From NCBI GenBank assembly GCA_963727445.1, contig CAVSGI010000010.1, forward strand, positions 800,001 through 864,000: DNA of 64,000 nucleotides. The letters are read 5' to 3'. How positions within the stretch are numbered: the first letter of the stretch is position 1; each line of letters begins with the position of its first letter. The notes under the pieces are model-generated. The model was not told where the DNA came from, searched no databases, and worked only from the letters and a program-made list of their open reading frames with translations. Shown piece after piece: positions 53,221 through 62,146 of the stretch. The position numbers were made by a program, and so were the translations under genes. This stretch comes from an uncultured delta proteobacterium. GTDB taxonomy: Bacteria; Myxococcota_A; Polyangia; Polyangiales; B10-G4.

Positions 53221-54795
53221 ATGTCTATCAGGCGCGACTACGAGACCATCGTCGTGGGTGCTGGGCCGGCCGGTTTGCAGCTCGGGTATTATCTGGAGCG
53301 CGCGGGGCGGGACTACGTCGTGTTGGAGCGAGGAGAGGCAGGCGAGTTCTTCAAGAGCTATCCACGCCATCGAACGCTGCTCTCGATCAACAAGCGCTTC
53401 ACCGGAACCGACGATGAAGAAGCCAACCTGCGATGGGATTGGAACTCGCTTCTAGTCGACGCAGACGACGAGTCCCCCACGCCGTGGATGCGTGACTTCT
53501 CGGACGCGTATTTCCCGGATCGGGAGGAGCTCGTCGCCTACCTTCGCGAGTTCGCTCGCGCAAAAAACATCAAAATCCACGAGAAAACCGAGGTAAAGCG
53601 GGTCCATCGCGACGCGGAGGGCTTCGTTTTGAGCACGGCGGGCGGAGACGAGTATCGATGCTCGCGCCTGGTGGTCGCGACCGGAATCCCGAAGGCTCAC
53701 GTCCCGGACATCGAAGGCATCGAGCTCGCCCAGAGCTATGTCGAGATGTCCGTCGCGCCCGAGGATTTCGAAGGGAAGCGCGTATTGGTTCTCGGAAAGG
53801 GCAACTCGGGCTTCGAGACCGCACAGAATCTCCTCGCCCACACGGTGAGTGTTCATCTCGCGAGCCCGGAGCCCCTTCGCATGGCGTGGAAGACGCGATT
53901 CGTCGGTCACCTGCGGGCGGTCAACAACGAGGTCTTGGACACCTACCGCCTCAAGGGCCAGAACGTCGTCATCGACGCCAACGTCGCGCGCCTCTACGAG
54001 AAGGACGGTCGGATCGCGGCGGTGTTCGACTACAAGCACGCACGGGAGTCCGAAGAGCTTCTCTACGATGCGGTCCTCGTCTGCACGGGGTTCAAGTTCG
54101 ACGCGTCCATCTTCGACGACAGCTGCCGGCCGGAGCTGACCATCCACGACCGATTCCCCGCACAGACGACTCGATGGGAGTCGGTCAACGTACCCGGCCT
54201 CTACTTCGCCGGCGCTCCCACCCAGGCTCTCGACTACAAGAAGACGACGAGCGCGTTCATCCACGGCTTTCGCTACAACGCGCGAGCGCTCTTCTGGTTC
54301 TTGGAAGAAGAGCTGCACGGGGTCCCGATCCCCCACACCGAGATCCCACGTGACGCGGCCTCGATGACGAATCTGATCATCGAACGTGTCAACCGAAGCT
54401 CGGCGCTGTGGCAGCAGTTCGGCTTCTTCTGTGACGTGCTGGTGGTCGGAGACGACGGCGGCGTGAGCCACTACCACGACGTTCCCAGGGAGTGGATCGC
54501 CGAGACCGAGATCGCGACGAGCCCACACTACTACGTGGTCACGCTCGAGTTCGGCGAAGATGCACCGGATCCTTTCGATTTCGAGCGTCCACACCGCGAT
54601 GACGCGGACAATGCCCACGAAAGCGAGGCCCTCCATCCCATCGTTCGCCGCTACGCGAGGGGCCGACTCGTCGCGACGCACCACGTCATGGAGGACATTT
54701 CCGCGGACTGGTCGGATCAGGTGCACATCGAGCCGCTCCGCCGCTGGCTCGAGGAGGATCTCGATCCTTCCCCCCTCGCGGAGTCGGCGGAATGA
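53221..54795 (+). CDS. FAD/NAD(P)-dependent oxidoreductase (FOXRED2-like)
   Basis: GAGPAG, LLSINKRFTG..NLRWDWNSLL, GKGNSG, FIHGFRY; strong RBS. Confidence 0.82.
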   Translation: MSIRRDYETIVVGAGPAGLQLGYYLERAGRDYVVLERGEAGEFFKSYPRHRTLLSINKRFTGTDDEEANLRWDWNSLLVDADDESPTPWMRDFSDAYFPDREELVAYLREFARAKNIKIHEKTEVKRVHRDAEGFVLSTAGGDEYRCSRLVVATGIPKAHVPDIEGIELAQSYVEMSVAPEDFEGKRVLVLGKGNSGFETAQNLLAHTVSVHLASPEPLRMAWKTRFVGHLRAVNNEVLDTYRLKGQNVVIDANVARLYEKDGRIAAVFDYKHARESEELLYDAVLVCTGFKFDASIFDDSCRPELTIHDRFPAQTTRWESVNVPGLYFAGAPTQALDYKKTTSAFIHGFRYNARALFWFLEEELHGVPIPHTEIPRDAASMTNLIIERVNRSSALWQQFGFFCDVLVVGDDGGVSHYHDVPREWIAETEIATSPHYYVVTLEFGEDAPDPFDFERPHRDDADNAHESEALHPIVRRYARGRLVATHHVMEDISADWSDQVHIEPLRRWLEEDLDPSPLAESAE

Positions 54796-54815
54796 GCGCC
54801 GACGATTGATGGAGA

Positions 54816-56270
54816 TCAGGTCAGCTCCGCGACCGTCGCGTCCAGGTCCTCGAGGAACGCCTCGAGGTGAACGCGGTGTGTGCGAAACGAGAGCACGCAC
54901 ACACGAATGACTTCGCGGCCATGGAGGATCGTGTGCGACAGGTGCACGCGACCTCGACGGTTGATCCCCGCGAGCACCTGCTGGTTGAGCTCGTCGAGCT
55001 CGTCCTCCGACGCGCCCTCGACCACGACGCGAAATGCGACGGTCGACAGATGGGTGGGCGACATCAGGCGGACGAACGAGCGCTCGCGAAGTTGCTCCTC
55101 ACACCAGGCGGCGAGGTCCAGTTTCTCATCCAGCGCGTCGCGAAAGGCTGAGGCGCCGAGGAGCTTGAGCGGTAGCCACAGGCGTAACCCCCGAGGCGCG
55201 CGACTCATCTCGAGCGACAGGTCGGCGAAGTTGGTCGCCCGAGCCACCTCGCCTGCTTCCACGGCGGCCGAGATGTACTCGGAGTGGACTCGATGGGCGT
55301 GCTCGAGGCGCTCACCGTCCTTGACCAAGAGCGATCCTGTGCCGAAGGGCAGGAAGAGACTCTTGTGGGGATCGAGCACCACGGAGTCGGCGCGCTCGAT
55401 TCCGTGCATCACGCTCCGACCACGCTCGGTCAGCAAGAAGAAGCCACCATAAGCGGCGTCCACGTGGAGCCACATCTTCTGTTCTGCACAAAAATCGGCG
55501 AGCCCCGCGATATCGTCGACGGCGCCGGTGTTCGTCGTGCCCGCGGTGGCGACGACGAAGAACGGTGCCGATCCCTTCGCACGATCCCGGGAAACCTGGG
55601 CCCTCAAGCTCTCGATATCCATCCGGAATTCGCCATCGGAAGGCACGATACGCACCTGCTCGGGAGGAAAGCCGGCGATGAGCGCAGCCTTCCGGATGGA
55701 GTGGTGCATCTGATCGGACGCGTAGATCGCGCCGCGGGAGAAGTCCGCTGGGAGAAGGGAGCGCCGAGCGGTGACGAGGGCCATCAGGTTTGCGATGGAG
55801 CCCCCGGAAGTGAGCACGCCCGATGACGCGCGCGTGTAACCGACGAGGTCGCAGAGCCAACGCAGAACGGTGAGCTCCAACTGGGCGAGGCCAGGCCCCG
55901 CCGCCCAGTACGCCACGTAGCGGTTCGTCGACGCGGCGATGAGCTCGGCGACCGCGGTGTGAAAAACTCCACCGTTCGGGATGTACGAAAGGTGACCGGG
56001 GCTCGCGGTGTTGATGCCCGTCGGGATCACGTCGCGAAAGAGGAGCTCGAAGAGGACGTCAGGCGACATGCCTCGTTCGGGCAGCGCTTCCTCGAGCAGC
56101 TCGACGACGCGATCACCGCCCGCACCCATCTCGCCCGTACCTTGGTCTGTAAGCGATTGGACGTACACCAAGATGTGACGCATTGCGTACTCGACGAGAG
56201 CGGACATCTCCGCTCCGGTGGGCTCGAGCGACGCACGCGTGTGCTCGCGGGGATTTGAACCTTTCGGCAT
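54816..56270 (-). CDS. PLP-dependent group II (aromatic-amino-acid-type) decarboxylase
   Basis: SGGSIAN, TAGTTNTGAVD, HVDAAYGG, DPHK; start uncertain. Confidence 0.9.
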   Translation of the reverse strand: MPKGSNPREHTRASLEPTGAEMSALVEYAMRHILVYVQSLTDQGTGEMGAGGDRVVELLEEALPERGMSPDVLFELLFRDVIPTGINTASPGHLSYIPNGGVFHTAVAELIAASTNRYVAYWAAGPGLAQLELTVLRWLCDLVGYTRASSGVLTSGGSIANLMALVTARRSLLPADFSRGAIYASDQMHHSIRKAALIAGFPPEQVRIVPSDGEFRMDIESLRAQVSRDRAKGSAPFFVVATAGTTNTGAVDDIAGLADFCAEQKMWLHVDAAYGGFFLLTERGRSVMHGIERADSVVLDPHKSLFLPFGTGSLLVKDGERLEHAHRVHSEYISAAVEAGEVARATNFADLSLEMSRAPRGLRLWLPLKLLGASAFRDALDEKLDLAAWCEEQLRERSFVRLMSPTHLSTVAFRVVVEGASEDELDELNQQVLAGINRRGRVHLSHTILHGREVIRVCVLSFRTHRVHLEAFLEDLDATVAELT

Positions 56271-56296
56271 GACGATCCTGATACGCTAACCACGTC

Positions 56297-57736
56297 TTGC
56301 TGCAAAAGCGGAAAGTCGACATTGATTCGGACCGATTCCGAATCGTCGTACTGGGTCCGGAGGGAAGACTGAGCCACCTCGTGGAGGAGCGTCTTCTCGC
56401 CCGGGGGCACGCGCCCGTCGTGTCGTTTGGAGAGATCGAAGCGCTCGATCAGCTTCGCGAACACGGCGCGGACATGGTTCTCGTCCTCCTACCGCTCGAA
56501 GGTCGGGATGGGACGAGAGTTCTGGCGCAGCTTCGCGAAGTCGATCAGGGGATCCCGATCGTCGTGTGTGGTTCGGACGCGACCATCCCGAACGCCGCGC
56601 GGGCGATGGCCCTCGGCGCCAGCGAGCATTTCGCCGAGCCCCTGCCAGCGACCAACGACCTGCTGGCTTCCATCGGTGTGCTGCTCGGAGCGCGCCGCCA
56701 CGACACCCATCTGCGGTATTTGCGGCGCAAAGACGCCGCAGACGGTGGCGCGAACGCCCTGATCGGCGAGTCCGCGGGCATGCGACGGGTTCGGGCGATG
56801 GTGGACCAGATCTGCTCCCACGTGAGCGCCACCCCGACGAGCATCCTCATCAGCGGTGAGACCGGCACCGGAAAGGGATTGGTCGCCAAGGCCCTCCACT
56901 ATGGAGGCGCGCGACGCAACGCTGCCTTCGTGGACATCAACTGTGCCGCGCTGCCGGCGCCGATGATCGAGGCCGAGCTCTTCGGCCACGAACGTGGTGC
57001 CTTCACGGACGCCAAGCGTGCGAGGGAGGGGCTGTTCGAGACGGCCGACCGCGGAAGCATCTTCCTCGACGAGATCGGTTCCATGTCGTTGGACCTGCAG
57101 AGTCGTCTCCTCAAGGTCATCGAGGACCAGCAGTTCCGACGCATCGGGTCGAGCACGCCGATCGCGGTGGACGTTCAAATCGTCGCCGCGACCCACGAGC
57201 ACATTCCATCGCTCGTGGAGCAGAGCCGCTTCCGGGCCGACCTCTATCACCGACTGAACGTGGTGCACATCGAGATGCCACCACTGCGCGAGCGCGGCGA
57301 GGACAGGCTCCTGCTCGCGCGCAGCTTCATCCGCTCGACGTGCAAGCGCTACGGGCTACCCGAACGCGAGCTCGCCGACGACGCGGCTGCCGCGCTGATG
57401 CGTTACCCGTTTCCCGGCAACGTACGGGAGCTCAGGAACATCATCGAGCGCGTAATCCTCCTCGAGAACACCGACACGATCGATCGCGAACACCTGCAGC
57501 TCCGGCTCTCCGGCGTGGTGGAGGTCGGCAACACGGACGCCCCGGCGTGCGAAAGCGATGAACGGTTGGACGTTCGCCTTCCGTCCGGCAGCTTCTCGCT
57601 GGACGAGCTCGAGCGTGCGACGCTGCGTGCGGCCCTCGAACGAAACCACGGCAACGTTTCGCGCACCGCCCGCTACCTCCAGATCTCGCGCCAGAAGCTC
57701 CTCTACCGGCTGCGAAAGCACGGCTTGCGACGCTGA
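56297..57736 (+). CDS. Sigma54-dependent enhancer-binding protein with pseudo-receiver domain
   Basis: GETGTGK, ELFGHERGAFTDA, FLDEIG, FPGNVREL, C-terminal HTH; start uncertain. Confidence 0.9.
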   Translation: MLQKRKVDIDSDRFRIVVLGPEGRLSHLVEERLLARGHAPVVSFGEIEALDQLREHGADMVLVLLPLEGRDGTRVLAQLREVDQGIPIVVCGSDATIPNAARAMALGASEHFAEPLPATNDLLASIGVLLGARRHDTHLRYLRRKDAADGGANALIGESAGMRRVRAMVDQICSHVSATPTSILISGETGTGKGLVAKALHYGGARRNAAFVDINCAALPAPMIEAELFGHERGAFTDAKRAREGLFETADRGSIFLDEIGSMSLDLQSRLLKVIEDQQFRRIGSSTPIAVDVQIVAATHEHIPSLVEQSRFRADLYHRLNVVHIEMPPLRERGEDRLLLARSFIRSTCKRYGLPERELADDAAAALMRYPFPGNVRELRNIIERVILLENTDTIDREHLQLRLSGVVEVGNTDAPACESDERLDVRLPSGSFSLDELERATLRAALERNHGNVSRTARYLQISRQKLLYRLRKHGLRR

Positions 57737-57770
57737 GACGAAAAAGAACGGCGTTTGAATGCCCACACGA

Positions 57771-57800
57771 GAGCCCATCTCAAGCTCTCGAGATGGGCTC
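57771..57800. terminator. Hairpin between convergent genes
   Basis: gagcccatctc / gagatgggctc perfect 11-bp stem. Confidence 0.55.
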
Positions 57801-57807
57801 GAGGGCC

Positions 57808-59121
57808 TCATCGAAGCGGATTGCGGACGACCCACACCTGAGTAACCGCGCCGCGGCTGACGAGATGGGTCACCCAGCAGCCGTCGTGGCTGAGGTAGGG
57901 CTCGGACTGGATGTCGTCCTCCCCGAGCTCGCTGGGGTGCAGCTCGGCGCGGGCACCGGTCAGGCGATCGTAGACGTAGACGCGACGCTCCCACACGAAG
58001 GTGACGAAGCGGCCGTCGGCGGAGATCACCGGAAAGCCGGCAGCCTGGGGTACGGCGGAGAGGGAGCCGCTCTCGCGGTCTCTCACGTAGACGCGCGTCT
58101 CCCCATCCTCGAAGGTGGTCGCGCTGCTGTTGAACGCGACGAAGCGACCGTCTCCGCTGATCGACGGGGCGAGGCTGTCGTCGTCTCCCCCCTCGCTCTC
58201 TTCTTCGAGGACTTCGCGCTGGGCGTCGCGAACGAAGACGTCCGGGAAGCGATCCGCGGTCGGATCTATGTTCTGGCTTCCCGAGGCGAACGCAACGAAG
58301 CGACCGGCGCGGTCGATCGAAAGAACACGTTCGGTCAGCGAGACGCCTGAGAGGAGGTCATCGGCCGCGTCCCCGGGGCGCCCGGATGGATCGACGGAAA
58401 GCATCTGGCTCTCCCCCGTCTCGAGCGAGACGCGAACGGGCTGGAACGCAGCAATCTCATCGTCACTATCCCATGCGATCTGAAGCATGGCGAAAGCGAT
58501 GAAGCGGCCGTCGCCCGAGAGGACGGGCGCGTCGCCTCCGACGAAGCGGTCATCGGGATACCGTACGAACCGCGTCTCGCCCGTCAGGAGCGAGTGAACG
58601 TAGACGTCGGTCCGGGAGTTGACGTCTTCTGGATGGAGCCGGTCGCTGTTCGAAGGAAAGGCGACCAGCGACCCGTCGTCGCTCAGCGACGGCCGACCCG
58701 AGATGAGTCGAAAACCCGAGGCGTCGTCACCCTCCGTGCCGTCTGTGGCCACACTGGCGCGGATGGTCGTCTCTGCGGCGCGATCACGGACGAAGACGTC
58801 GAGCTCGCCATTGTCGTCGCCAGCGACCAGGTCTCCCGCCGAGGAAACGAAGGCGACAAAGCGACCATCGGCGGAGATGGTGGGCGACCCCGCACCTCCG
58901 ACGGAGGCGTCTCCAGTGGGCGTCACCGAGACGAGCTCCGGACCATCATCGAAGTCTTCACATGGCGGAAGCGGCGGTGTGGACGCTCCGTCCGGCCGAG
59001 CGTCGGTCGACGCGGCCGCGTCCGCGGCCTCGACCTCGAGACCGCTCCGCGCGCCGCACGCCCAAAGCACCATCAGCGCGAGGGCGGTGGCGACGGTTTC
59101 GCGGAGGTGGACGGGCTCCAT
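57808..59121 (-). CDS. TolB-like beta-propeller lipoprotein (ISADGRFVAF repeats)
   Basis: LWACGARS lipobox; repeated PxISxDGRFVAF. Confidence 0.85.
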   Translation of the reverse strand: MEPVHLRETVATALALMVLWACGARSGLEVEAADAAASTDARPDGASTPPLPPCEDFDDGPELVSVTPTGDASVGGAGSPTISADGRFVAFVSSAGDLVAGDDNGELDVFVRDRAAETTIRASVATDGTEGDDASGFRLISGRPSLSDDGSLVAFPSNSDRLHPEDVNSRTDVYVHSLLTGETRFVRYPDDRFVGGDAPVLSGDGRFIAFAMLQIAWDSDDEIAAFQPVRVSLETGESQMLSVDPSGRPGDAADDLLSGVSLTERVLSIDRAGRFVAFASGSQNIDPTADRFPDVFVRDAQREVLEEESEGGDDDSLAPSISGDGRFVAFNSSATTFEDGETRVYVRDRESGSLSAVPQAAGFPVISADGRFVTFVWERRVYVYDRLTGARAELHPSELGEDDIQSEPYLSHDGCWVTHLVSRGAVTQVWVVRNPLR

Positions 59122-59299
59122 CGTCGATGCACGATACGCTAGTGCCTGGTCCAATGCGCTCCGGGTTCGTCGCGCGGGTGCTGGTGGGGAGTGCCTGTGG
59201 CGGCGAACATTCCGAGAAGACGTTCAGATTCGACGGATCGAGAGGTCGCATCCGACCGACCCCATCAGCCTCGGCGGGACGTGGTGCGGCAGCGGCCGG

Positions 59300-60073
59300 T
59301 CACGGCTCTTCCCTTTGGTCGGGGGAGGCGTCGATGGTGGCCGTCGCCTCCGCCTCTGCCTCGGTCTCGGCCTCCGAGATCGCTGCCTCCGAGATCGCTG
59401 GCCCGACGCGAAGCTGGACGGGCTCGGTCGAGCGGATCCCGAGGTGATGCGCGATGGCCCAGGCCAGCCAATGCGCGCGGTTGGGCGCCGAGGATCGAAA
59501 GATCGAGACCTCGCTCCCGTCCTCGAGCACCAGCACGACGGAGGAGATGGATTGCAGAGCCGTGAGCTCCTGGTCCACGAACACGCCGGTGATGTCGGAG
59601 ACGAGCACCTCGAACTCTGCCCCGAGCGGCTGGGTCACCGATCGAACGTGCCGCCCATCCACCCATACGGTGCTCCGCTCGAGCTCACCCGAGACGAACA
59701 CGCTGGCAGTGAAACCGATGAAGGGGAGGAAGAGGAGGTTGAAGAGGAAGTCGCCGACCCACAGAGACGCCGCGGCGAACAAACCGAGGAAGAGAACGGC
59801 TCCGATCGTGAGGGTGGGCTCGCCCCGATTGTTCAGAAGGTCGAGGCGCAACGTGGGCCGGCTTGCCCGTGAACGATAGGCCCCTCCGATCTCGCCTCCC
59901 TCGATGTTGCGTCGGACACGGCTGGACGGCGGCTCCTCGACGGGCGCCGCGAAGCGCGCTTCCTCTCTCAGCTCCGTCCAGCACGTGCCGCACCGAATCG
60001 TTCGGCGGCGGTCGTGGGCTCTCGTCAGAGGCGTGATGTCTCGGCAAACGTGACAGTAGACGTCGACGACCAT
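59300..60073 (-). CDS. Hypothetical membrane protein with N-terminal zinc ribbon
   Basis: CHVC...CGTC, two TM segments; start uncertain. Confidence 0.55.
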   Translation of the reverse strand: MVVDVYCHVCRDITPLTRAHDRRRTIRCGTCWTELREEARFAAPVEEPPSSRVRRNIEGGEIGGAYRSRASRPTLRLDLLNNRGEPTLTIGAVLFLGLFAAASLWVGDFLFNLLFLPFIGFTASVFVSGELERSTVWVDGRHVRSVTQPLGAEFEVLVSDITGVFVDQELTALQSISSVVLVLEDGSEVSIFRSSAPNRAHWLAWAIAHHLGIRSTEPVQLRVGPAISEAAISEAETEAEAEATATIDASPDQREEP

Positions 60074-60200
60074 ACGTGTTCCACGCCCATCACCTGGTAG
60101 TGGGCGAGCTTCGTGGCGCGGGCGAGCCACACGGCCACGGAGGCTCTTTAGGAACGCACGGACGGATAGCAACCGTCATCGGTCGACCCTCGAGCCCGAA

Positions 60201-60797
60201 TCAGATCGTGACGTCGACGTTGAAGGTGCCGAAGTCGCTGGTCGCGGTGCCCGTGACCGAGGTCGAGCCTTCGATGCGCCGAACGTTGTCAGCGTTGGCG
60301 GGGTCGGCTTCCGTCATGCCGTCGATGGTGAGGTTCAGCGTCACGTCGCCTTCGATGTCACCCGTCATGTGAAAGGTGCCCATCAGGGTGCCGGTGAGCG
60401 TCGCGTCCGGGATGCCGCGAAGGCTGAGGTCGAGGTTCGCCGGCGTGCCGTCGGGAGTGTCGTAGGTGATGACCAGATCGTTGTCGGTCGTCGGCTCGAG
60501 GTCGCGGTACTCGACGACGTCGAGGAGCAGGCGCATCTCCTTGTTGGCCGAGGCGCCCATGTCCACCTGCCCGGAGACGGTGAGGGTGCCGGTGACGTCA
60601 CCCATCGTCATCTGGGTGGGGATGTTGGCGCTGGTCGCCGCGTTGAAGCCGTCGAAGCCGAGGGTCAGGGACTTGCCCACCATCTCGTCGAGGCCGAGGT
60701 AGGCGGCCTCGGCGGCCTGATCGGAGTCGACCCCACCACCGCAGGCGACGAGGGTGGAGGTCGAGGCGAGGAGAAGGATCTGGGTGAAGCGCGTCAT
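60201..60797 (-). CDS. Hypothetical lipoprotein
   Basis: TLVAC lipobox; Thr/Gly-rich beta-strand composition. Confidence 0.75.
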   Translation of the reverse strand: MTRFTQILLLASTSTLVACGGGVDSDQAAEAAYLGLDEMVGKSLTLGFDGFNAATSANIPTQMTMGDVTGTLTVSGQVDMGASANKEMRLLLDVVEYRDLEPTTDNDLVITYDTPDGTPANLDLSLRGIPDATLTGTLMGTFHMTGDIEGDVTLNLTIDGMTEADPANADNVRRIEGSTSVTGTATSDFGTFNVDVTI

Positions 60798-60886
60798 GGG
60801 CCCAGGATACCCCGGGTGGGCTCGTCGCTGTCAGTTCCGGCTGCTATCGTGCGTCTCCCTCTGTACCGAGGGGAGCCGATTCCGCC

Positions 60887-62146
60887 GTGAAGATCGTTCA
60901 CGCTGCAGATTTGCACGTCGACAGCCCGCTCCGCGGGCTTCAGCGCTATCCGAACGCGCCCGTGGAGCGGATCCGCGGGGCGACCCGCGAAGCGCTCGTG
61001 AACCTGGTCGACCTCTGCATCGCGGAGGAAGCGACCGTGCTGCTCCTGGCGGGGGACGTCTTCGACGGGGACTGGAAGGACTATTCGACCGGGCTGTTCT
61101 TCGCCGGCCAGATGGCGCGGCTGAAGGACGCGGGGGTGCGCGTCTTGTCCATCCGGGGCAACCACGACGCCGCGAGCAAGATGAGCAAGAAGCTGACGCT
61201 GCCCGACAACGTGGTGGAGCTCAGCACGAGGAAGCCCGTGACGGTCGTCGACGAGGAGCTGGGCCTCGCCATCCACGGTCAGGGATTCGCCAAACGAGTG
61301 GTCGACGAGGATTCGGCGCGGGCCTATCCCGACGCGCGCTCGGGGCTCTTGAACATCGGCATGCTCCACACCTCCCTCGACGGTCGTCCGGGTCATGCGC
61401 CCTACGCACCGACCAGCGTCGACGTCCTGTCGAGCAAGGGCTACGACTACTGGGCCCTGGGTCATGTCCACGCCCGCGAGGTTCTCGCTGAAGACCCGTG
61501 GATCGTCTACCCGGGCAACACCCAGGGGCGTCACGCGAAGGAGACTGGCCCGAAAGGCGCGACCCTCATCACCATCGAGGGGGATCGCATCGCCACCGTG
61601 GAGCACCGGCCCCTGGATGTGGTGCGCTGGGCGCACCTGGTCGTGGACGCGACCGACGCCGCACACCCGGACGACGTCGTGGAGCGAGCGCGACAGATGC
61701 TCGAGGCCGCCGTCGAGGAGGCCGGAGAGGACCGGCTGGTGGCGGCGCGCATCACCATCGAGGGTGAGACCGCGGCGCATGGGGAGCTCGCGCGCGAGCC
61801 CGAGCGATGGGAGGAGCAGCTCCGCGTCGCTGGGATTGACGTGGGAGACACGTGGATCGAGAAGGTACGGCTGCGCACCGCGGCGCGGGTCGACCTCCAC
61901 GAGCTCACGTCGAAGGACGACGCGCTCGGCGCCCTCTTCCGGCGGCTCCAGTCCCTCTCCGACGATCCCGAAGCCCTCGCCGAGCACGCCCACGCGTTCG
62001 AGGACCTGATCTCGAAGCTCCCTCGGGAGGCGCGAGAGGGCGACGACGGCGTGCGCCTCGACGACCCCACCTACCTCGCCGATGCTCTCCGCGACGCGAC
62101 TCAGCTCCTGTTGCCGCGGCTGCTCGCGAGGGGTGGTGACGAGTGA
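60887..62146 (+). CDS. Mre11/SbcD-like DNA repair exonuclease (YhaO-like)
   Basis: HAADLH, AGDVFD, GNHD, WALGHVH, YPGNTQGR. Confidence 0.92.
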   Translation: MKIVHAADLHVDSPLRGLQRYPNAPVERIRGATREALVNLVDLCIAEEATVLLLAGDVFDGDWKDYSTGLFFAGQMARLKDAGVRVLSIRGNHDAASKMSKKLTLPDNVVELSTRKPVTVVDEELGLAIHGQGFAKRVVDEDSARAYPDARSGLLNIGMLHTSLDGRPGHAPYAPTSVDVLSSKGYDYWALGHVHAREVLAEDPWIVYPGNTQGRHAKETGPKGATLITIEGDRIATVEHRPLDVVRWAHLVVDATDAAHPDDVVERARQMLEAAVEEAGEDRLVAARITIEGETAAHGELAREPERWEEQLRVAGIDVGDTWIEKVRLRTAARVDLHELTSKDDALGALFRRLQSLSDDPEALAEHAHAFEDLISKLPREAREGDDGVRLDDPTYLADALRDATQLLLPRLLARGGDE

